Shown here: positions 57,796 through 64,000 of the stretch, one piece after another
How the letters are laid out: each line of letters begins with the position of its first letter
Position numbering within the stretch: the first letter of the stretch is position 1
Assembly: GCA_963806225.1 (NCBI GenBank)
Contig: CAWDXG010000004.1
Coordinates: forward strand, 2,208,001 to 2,272,000
DNA: 64,000 nucleotides
Origin: an uncultured delta proteobacterium
GTDB taxonomy: Bacteria; Myxococcota_A; Polyangia; Polyangiales; Polyangiaceae
Direction of reading: 5' to 3'
Program-made: the position numbers and the translations under genes
Notes under the pieces: model-generated
What the model saw: the letters and a program-made list of their open reading frames with translations, nothing else
Database searches by the model: none
What the model was told of the DNA's origin: nothing

Positions 57796-60429
57796 ATGGC
57801 GCGCACGAAGCTCGCCGTGACGCTGGTGGGAGCGTCGATCCTGCGCGAGTCGGAGCTGCCCGGCTTCGAATCGGTGACCGACTTCGCGTCCGTGAGCTTC
57901 AACCTCGCGATCGCCTCGCTCAAGGCCGCCGCGGACGCCGACGCACGGCTGCAGGGGCACGCCGCAATCCGCTTGCTCGACTTCAACGTGGGCTGGGACC
58001 ACCGCCGCCTTGGCGCGCGTGAGGCCGAGGCCGTCGTGGCAACCGCTCCGGATGTGGTCGGCATTTCCTGCTACTGCTGGAACGTCGACACGCTGCTCGA
58101 GCTCGCCGCTGCCGTGCGGGCGCGCCGACCGGAAGCGTTCGTGATCATCGGCGGACCGTCCGCAGGTCCCGTCGCGCGGGAGCTCCTCGAAGCGCACTCC
58201 GCGGTCGACGCCGTGGCCATCGGCGAGGGAGAGAACACCTTCATCCAGCTCTGCGATGCGCTGCTCGAAGAGCGCGACCTGTCGACCGTGCCCGGGATTG
58301 CCTGGCGCGACGCCGGCGGCACGATCGTGGACAACGCGCTGCCCGACGAGCCCGTGGATCTGGCGCGCCTGCCCTCTCCGTACCGGAGCGGCGTGCTCCG
58401 CCCCCAGAGCTTCATGCTGCTCGAGACGAGCCGGGGCTGCCGCTACCGCTGTCGGTTCTGCTCGTGGGCGGGGAACGAGCGCAGCCTGCGCTACGTGCCC
58501 GCCGCGTCCATCGAAGCGGATCTGCGCTGGGCGCTCGAGCATGGCGTCAAGTCGGTCAAGCTCGCCGACACGGCGATCAACTTCCAGACCGAGCGCGTAG
58601 CCGAGCTCGCCGCGGCCATTGAAGCAGCGGACCGCGAACATACGCTCGGCTTTACCTACTTCCTCAAGCCCGAGCTGCTCGACGACGAGCAGGTGGAGGT
58701 CCTCGCGCGCATCCCCACCGACGAGATCATCGTCGGCGTCGAAAGCCTCGGCGATGCTCAGCGCCGTGCAGTGAGCAAGCCGCCGTTCGTGGCCGCCGAG
58801 TTCGAGCGCAAGGTCGAGATGCTGCAGCGCGTGGGGCCGGTCACCACGTCCTTCATCCTGGGCTTGCCCGGCGACACGCTGGAAGGTCTGGAACAGACGC
58901 TGGACTGGATCGTGGACTTCGACGCGCGGCATCCCGACTGGCTGCACGTGATCTGCCTGTTCTGGCTTGCGGTGCTGCCGGGAGCGAGACTCCACGACAA
59001 GCGGCAACAGGCGGGCTACCGGCTCGCCACGGGGGAGACGCCGTACCTGCTCGAGAGCGCGGAGCATTCGCCCGACGACCTGCTGGTCATGGCGCGCCGG
59101 TCCGTCGAGCGCCACTACCGTCATCCCAAGCTGCGGGTCGAGTACTTCCAGAAGGACTACCTGATGCAGGACGCGCCCGAGGCAGATCGCCGTGTCGCGA
59201 TCGCGCGGCGCGCGCACGACTCGCGGCGGCGCGCCCTGCTGCTGGGCGCCGTGGACGGCGGCGGCGGGCGCCGCGACGGGCTCCGCCCCTGGTGCCTGGA
59301 GACGGCCCAGCTCAAGGCCTACGCCGAGACGAGCCGCGAGGTACGGCAGTCATGGATCCTGGAGCTCCACGATGTGCCGGAACCCCCGCGCGGCACGACG
59401 CTCGGCGACGACGAGATTGACGACATCGTCGCGCGCGATCCGGAGCTTGTGGTGTGGTGCTCGGCCGGCGCGCATCCCGAGCGCGCCGAACGGAGCCTCG
59501 AAGCGCTTCGCGCCCGCCTCCCCGACGCAACGCTGCTCGTCGGAGGGCGCGGCACCCGGCGCGCCGGCACGGCGCAACTTCGCGCGGCGGATCACATCCT
59601 GCTCGATGACGCGGAACCAGCGCTCCGTGAGCTGCTGGAAACCGGGCGCGTGCCCGCACCCACGCTGCTCGCCCATCTCGACGAGATCCCGTCGCCCTAT
59701 CAGTGGGGCTTCGTGCAGAAGAGCGGACCTGCGATCAGCATGCGCCTGGGTCGCGGCCGGCGCTACCACGGCCCGGCGCGCGTCTACGCCGACGTGCGCT
59801 GGGCCATCGAGCAGCGCCACGAGAAGATCGTCTGGCTCGATGGCAGCCTGCCCGACGACCGCGAGGTGCTCGCGGCCTTCGTGTCGGCCGTCCGCCGCGC
59901 AGATCCGGACGGACGCGTGCGCCACAGCTACCAGCTCGGGCCCCAGGCAACGAGCGAGGCGCACCTCTCGCTGCTCGCCGGGCTGCGGGGCGCAGAGATC
60001 CGCGTTGCAGGCGCCGTCGACGCGCGCGCGCTGCACGAGCTCGCGCGGAGCGGAGCGCGCGTGATCCGTGTCGAACCGTGGTTGCAGGCGCGGACGCTTG
60101 CGGCGCTGCTCACTGACTGGCAGCGCGACGTTGAAGGCTGGACGCTCCAGGAGATCGTGCCGGGCGCCACGGCGGCGGGCGTCGCCCGGCTGCGCTTCGC
60201 GTGGCGTCAGGGCGGCAACGCCTGGCTGCTGATCGGACGCCGGCGCGGCGCCGGCAGCGGCTACCGCACCGGACTCAGGCTCGACCAGCGAGGCCCGCGG
60301 CCACCGATGCCGGCGCTCAAGCGCCTGGTCTGGCTCGTGCAGAGCTCGCTAGAGAAGGGAGAAGCACGCATTCAGCGTTCGGCGCGCGGCGCGCGAGCGC
60401 CCGTCAGTGCGGCGCGTCCGGAACGGTGA
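57796..60429 (+). CDS. B12-binding-domain radical SAM protein with a degenerate second B12/radical SAM module and a C-terminal extra domain
   Basis: GISCYCWN, IGGP, GEGE, ETSRGCRYRCRFC, ILGLPGDT; the second half repeats LKAYA..DPE..VGG..LDEIPSPY..RWA without the Cys motif. Confidence 0.9.
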   Translation: MARTKLAVTLVGASILRESELPGFESVTDFASVSFNLAIASLKAAADADARLQGHAAIRLLDFNVGWDHRRLGAREAEAVVATAPDVVGISCYCWNVDTLLELAAAVRARRPEAFVIIGGPSAGPVARELLEAHSAVDAVAIGEGENTFIQLCDALLEERDLSTVPGIAWRDAGGTIVDNALPDEPVDLARLPSPYRSGVLRPQSFMLLETSRGCRYRCRFCSWAGNERSLRYVPAASIEADLRWALEHGVKSVKLADTAINFQTERVAELAAAIEAADREHTLGFTYFLKPELLDDEQVEVLARIPTDEIIVGVESLGDAQRRAVSKPPFVAAEFERKVEMLQRVGPVTTSFILGLPGDTLEGLEQTLDWIVDFDARHPDWLHVICLFWLAVLPGARLHDKRQQAGYRLATGETPYLLESAEHSPDDLLVMARRSVERHYRHPKLRVEYFQKDYLMQDAPEADRRVAIARRAHDSRRRALLLGAVDGGGGRRDGLRPWCLETAQLKAYAETSREVRQSWILELHDVPEPPRGTTLGDDEIDDIVARDPELVVWCSAGAHPERAERSLEALRARLPDATLLVGGRGTRRAGTAQLRAADHILLDDAEPALRELLETGRVPAPTLLAHLDEIPSPYQWGFVQKSGPAISMRLGRGRRYHGPARVYADVRWAIEQRHEKIVWLDGSLPDDREVLAAFVSAVRRADPDGRVRHSYQLGPQATSEAHLSLLAGLRGAEIRVAGAVDARALHELARSGARVIRVEPWLQARTLAALLTDWQRDVEGWTLQEIVPGATAAGVARLRFAWRQGGNAWLLIGRRRGAGSGYRTGLRLDQRGPRPPMPALKRLVWLVQSSLEKGEARIQRSARGARAPVSAARPER

Positions 60430-61963
60430 TCCAGCGCGCGAGCCCGCACACGACGCCCATCACTGCATAGCCGGCCGCCCACGGCCAGGCCGGCGCGAGG
60501 TGAAGCGCGGTGTCGCCGGGCGTGAAGACGTACGAGTGCATCAGACCCGCAGCCGACAGCGCCGCGCCGGCAAAACACCAGCCCGCTGCGTGGAAGAATT
60601 TCTTCTCGATGATCGCCACCGTCGCGCCGGCGAGGATCATCGCGGTGAAGATGAAGCCCTGTTCCAGCGCGAACGCCCCGGCGATCCAGGTGTCCGAGCG
60701 CTGGAACGCGGCGATGAGCGCTTCGGAGAACACTGGGCCGCCGGGCGCGCCGTAGCCCGCCGCGCGCAGCCCGTTCTTCGCCATCAGCGCGCCCCACGCC
60801 GCCAGCCCTGGCAGGATGCCGATGACCACGGCGGGCGCGTGCTCGCGCGGCGTCGCCTGGAACGCCTGCGCGCTGATCACGATGCCGATCCACAGAACGA
60901 TCGCCATGCCTGCGTCGACCGGAATGGCCCAGGCGATGTGCGCCAGCGTTCCGGTCAGGCACACGGTGGTAAAGAACGCCGCGTTCAGCACCGAGTAGCC
61001 CGCCCGCGCGCCGAGCGCCTTCCAGCCGGGATGCCCGATGTAGATGGTGGTGGGGAAACACGAGCCGAACAGCGCAGCAGCCAGCGTGCCGACGCCGTTC
61101 ACCGCCAGCGACGGCGCCGTCTCGAAGCGATCACCGGCCGCCTCGGCGGACTCGATGTTCTGCAAGGACCCGATCAGGTTGAAGAGCCCCATCGGCACGA
61201 TGACGGACAGGTACGTGAGTCCGTAGCCGCTCCGCAGAGCCGCCACCAGATCGCCCACGACCGGGATCGGGAGATGGAGCCCCGCGTGCGCGCCGGCCAG
61301 GCTGGCACCCGGTGCCAGCCCGGTGAGCCAGGCGATCGCCGTGCCGAGCGCAACAGCGACTAGCCCGCCCGGCAGCCCGCCGCGGAAGCGCACCTGACCG
61401 AAGTACGTCAAGAGCACGATACCCAGCGTCGCCATGCCCACGAGCGGGTGCGCGTAGGTCCTGAGCAGGAAACCGAGCGAGATGAAGCCGAGCGCGATGC
61501 CCGCCAGCGTGGAGAGAAGTGCCGCCCGGGGGGTAATGCGCCTCAGCCGCTCGGCGAAAAAGGCTCCGGACAGCTCGATCAGCCCCGAGCCCATGCAGGC
61601 GACGAGCCCCGCCTGCCACGCAGCGCGCGCGGGATCCGCTGCGCCTGCGTGCTCGGCCGCCAGCTTGGCCGGCAGCATCACCAGGAAGACGTACGCGAAC
61701 AGCGAGACGGTGTTGATGCCGTAGGGCAGCGCGCACACGTCGTCGCGCCCGGCCGCGCGCGCCACGCGGATGGCCTGCCGCGAGTAGTACAGGTTGCCAA
61801 CCAGCAGCGACACCGCGATGCCCGGCATGACGTGGCCGTAGAGCAGCGCGCTGTCGAAGCCGAGTACATGCCGGCACAGGGCGTCGACCAGCAGCAGCTG
61901 GACCAGGTTGTCCAGCGCCAGGCCGAAGAACCCGTCGATGTCCCCACGCACGAACCAGCGCAT
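60404..61963 (-). CDS. NCS2/AzgA-family permease
   Basis: GDIDGFFGL..DN, ALPYGIN, NIESAEAAGD, FPTTIYIGHPGWK; many TM segments. Confidence 0.88.
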   Translation of the reverse strand: MRWFVRGDIDGFFGLALDNLVQLLLVDALCRHVLGFDSALLYGHVMPGIAVSLLVGNLYYSRQAIRVARAAGRDDVCALPYGINTVSLFAYVFLVMLPAKLAAEHAGAADPARAAWQAGLVACMGSGLIELSGAFFAERLRRITPRAALLSTLAGIALGFISLGFLLRTYAHPLVGMATLGIVLLTYFGQVRFRGGLPGGLVAVALGTAIAWLTGLAPGASLAGAHAGLHLPIPVVGDLVAALRSGYGLTYLSVIVPMGLFNLIGSLQNIESAEAAGDRFETAPSLAVNGVGTLAAALFGSCFPTTIYIGHPGWKALGARAGYSVLNAAFFTTVCLTGTLAHIAWAIPVDAGMAIVLWIGIVISAQAFQATPREHAPAVVIGILPGLAAWGALMAKNGLRAAGYGAPGGPVFSEALIAAFQRSDTWIAGAFALEQGFIFTAMILAGATVAIIEKKFFHAAGWCFAGAALSAAGLMHSYVFTPGDTALHLAPAWPWAAGYAVMGVVCGLARWITVPDAPH

Positions 61964-62090
61964 CGCGGGGCGAGCCTAGCCCGACCGGTGCGGCCGCAAA
62001 ATGACGATCGCGGCCTGGGCAATGGCCGCAGCTACGCCGGGCCGCTCGCGCCTGGACGGCGCGAGCACCCGGCGTGACCACGACGCTGCG

Positions 62091-64000
62091 TCATCCGACG
62101 ATGACGCACTTGTTGCTGCTGCACACCGCGCCGCCGCTGCACGTGCCGCAGTCGAGCGAGCCGCCGCAGCCGTCCGGATAGAACCCGCACTCTGCGTTCG
62201 CCTTGGTGCAGTCGGTCGGGACGCACGTCCCGGTCGGACAAGCCGGGCACTGCAGGATCCCGCCGCAGCCGTCGCCCTGCGGACCGCAGCGGCCGCCGCA
62301 GGTGAGCGGAGTGCAGCTCGGACCGGTGCAGGTGCCGCAGTCGATGGTGCCGCCGCAGCCATCACCCTGCTGCCCGCACACGGGGCCGAGCTGTGCGCAG
62401 GTCAGCGGCGTGCAACCGGTCCCGCCGCACTGGCCCGGCGTGCCCCCGCCACCGCAGGTCTCCGGCGAAGTGCACGAACCGCAGTTCAGCGTGCCGCCGC
62501 AGCCGTCCGACCAGTAGCCGCAGTTCTTGCTGATCTGACCGCAGTTCGTAGGCGTGCAGCTCCCGGAACCGCACTGTCCCGGCGTGCCCCCGCCGCCGCA
62601 GGTGTCGGGCGACGTGCAGGTGCCGCAGTTCAACGTGCCGCCGCAGCCGTCGGACCAGGAGCCGCAGTTCTTGCCGAGCGCGTTGCATGTCGTCGGCGCG
62701 CAGCTGGAGCCGGCGCACTGGCCGCCCGTGCTGCAGACCTGGCCCGACGGGCAGGTGCCGCAGCCTCCAGAGATGACCCCACCGCAGCCGTCGGGTGCCG
62801 GGCCGCACTGGATGCCCTGATCCGCGCACGTCAGCGGCGTGCAGGTCGGCGGAGGCTGCGACTCGTCGCAGACCGGCGACGACAGGTCGAAGAACATGAA
62901 CTCGAGCGCCTTCTCCTGGGGAGTCATGCCCGTCGACTTGCACTCGGTCGGGAAGGTCGACCCCTTGTCGCCCGTGGAGACGTGGATGTCGCTGAACACA
63001 AAGCGCCCGCACTGGTCTTTCGGCTGCGCGTTGATGGGCGCGTTGAACGAGAAGTACTGCGGGACGTCGTTGATGTTGACGTAGGTCCCCGTGGTGTAGT
63101 CCCCCCACTGCTGGTTGGCCACGTGGATCCACTGCGTGGCGAGGCTCGAGTTGAACGTGCCGTCCTTGACACTGTCACGCGGCTGGACGACCGAGAGCTG
63201 CCCGTACGTCGTCGAGCCACCCACGTTCATGAGCCACTGTGCCATGGTCTGGCCCTTCGGGAAGCTCGTCACGATGGATTCGGTGGCCTGCTGGCCAGTA
63301 GTCGCCGGGGCGATCAGGTCAGCGTTCCACTGCGCGATCGAAGGCCAGGGGCTGGGACCGTTCTGTAGCCAGTAGTAGTGGTAGTGGGAACCGAACACGC
63401 GACCGCCACTGTCGACGTAGTCGTGCATCGCCTGCAGCGCGGCCGCCGTCTTGTAGGGCGAATTGTCCCACTCGGTGGGGAACGTGTTCCCTTCGCACCC
63501 GAGCAGCACCACGTTGTACTTCATCAGGCTCGCTTTGCTTGCCCACAGCGTCTTCGAATCCGGGAAGGACGTTCCGCTGCCGTACTTGCTGGCAGCGTCG
63601 TACTGCTTGTTCGGGCCGTTCGGGTACTGGGGCTGACCGGCGAACAGGTTCACGCGGCCGCCGCCACCGGGGTTGGTGAACTCGCTGTCGGAGATGCCGA
63701 TCTTGCGGAGCAGGCACTCGAGCGAGTCGGCACCGCCGGTGCTGAGCGCGATGAGCGGGATGTCGCCCTGGCTCTGGTTCTGCGGCAGATGGGTGAGCGC
63801 AGTGGCAATAGCCGTATCGACGCACTTGGTGGTGCTGACCGTGATCTGCCGGCGCCAGCGGCCGATCTGGATCACCACCGGGATGTTGTTGCCGACCGGC
63901 ATGTTGCCGAGCTTGAAGTGACCGTTGGTGTCGGTCAGCGTCGTCACGAGCGGCAGGCCCGTGAGCGCAGCGCTGCACTTGTCGCAGGTTGCGCCGTCGG
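62091..64000 (-). CDS. Cys-rich secreted protein of myxobacterial type, 5' end outside the window
   Basis: TDTNGHFKL..PV..IQIGRWRRQ, DSLECLLRKIG, QEKALEFMFFDL, then DGCGG repeats. Confidence 0.85.
   Translation of the reverse strand, partial: DGATCDKCSAALTGLPLVTTLTDTNGHFKLGNMPVGNNIPVVIQIGRWRRQITVSTTKCVDTAIATALTHLPQNQSQGDIPLIALSTGGADSLECLLRKIGISDSEFTNPGGGGRVNLFAGQPQYPNGPNKQYDAASKYGSGTSFPDSKTLWASKASLMKYNVVLLGCEGNTFPTEWDNSPYKTAAALQAMHDYVDSGGRVFGSHYHYYWLQNGPSPWPSIAQWNADLIAPATTGQQATESIVTSFPKGQTMAQWLMNVGGSTTYGQLSVVQPRDSVKDGTFNSSLATQWIHVANQQWGDYTTGTYVNINDVPQYFSFNAPINAQPKDQCGRFVFSDIHVSTGDKGSTFPTECKSTGMTPQEKALEFMFFDLSSPVCDESQPPPTCTPLTCADQGIQCGPAPDGCGGVISGGCGTCPSGQVCSTGGQCAGSSCAPTTCNALGKNCGSWSDGCGGTLNCGTCTSPDTCGGGGTPGQCGSGSCTPTNCGQISKNCGYWSDGCGGTLNCGSCTSPETCGGGGTPGQCGGTGCTPLTCAQLGPVCGQQGDGCGGTIDCGTCTGPSCTPLTCGGRCGPQGDGCGGILQCPACPTGTCVPTDCTKANAECGFYPDGCGGSLDCGTCSGGAVCSSNKCVIVG
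62100..62850 (-). repeat. Six Cys-rich coding repeats (CxPxxC...CG...DGCGG...C), two of them near-identical 144-bp units
   Basis: KNCG(S/Y)WSDGCGGTLNCG(T/S)CTSP(D/E)TCGGGGTPGQCG occurs twice at about 62425-62712. Confidence 0.85.

Noticed and set aside
33901..60429. Bacteriochlorophyll or F430 biosynthesis cluster
   Set aside because: No Mg/Ni chelatase, bchG, puf or cfbA/B/E genes; the Fe protein lacks the BchL GCGGYV motif; CfbD is a single-subunit type.
62400..62720. CRISPR-like direct repeats
   Set aside because: The repeats are in-frame coding units with no unique spacers and no cas genes.

Overview
A GC-rich bacterial chromosome segment. Cys-rich secreted proteins and lipoproteins suggest Myxococcota/Polyangiales (inference). 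I saw no RNA genes, CRISPR arrays or mobile elements. Two accessory blocks stand out. (1) 6.7-22.5 kb is a minus-strand operon with the enzyme-family set of the anaerobic indole-3-acetate (Iaa) pathway: xanthine-dehydrogenase-type Mo enzyme, hydantoinase A/B, CoA-transferase, two-subunit B12 acyl-CoA mutase and acyl-CoA dehydrogenase. It is headed by an indolepyruvate oxidoreductase whose alpha subunit carries a GltD-like FAD/NAD(P) module inside its ferredoxin domain. (2) 33.9-60.4 kb, the main candidate for an undescribed system, holds 12 radical-SAM-fold genes (8 of B12-binding type), His-Xaa-Ser-system homologues (HxsD, a Cys-depleted HxsB, HxsC-like proteins), a three-gene nitrogenase-like reductase that is neither Nif nor canonical Bch, a polyprenyl synthase and a beta-propeller, next to a MacAB-TolC-type exporter. 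Within block 2, four radical SAM domains have lost their CxxxCxxC motif and five proteins appear to share an unnamed ~90-aa accessory domain. An FNR-like palindrome (WTGAY-N4-RTCAW) recurs in its intergenic regions, with a near-match upstream of block 1. No precursor peptide is visible. Nine single-base frameshifts look like sequencing errors. All calls come from motif recognition by eye; no searches were run.
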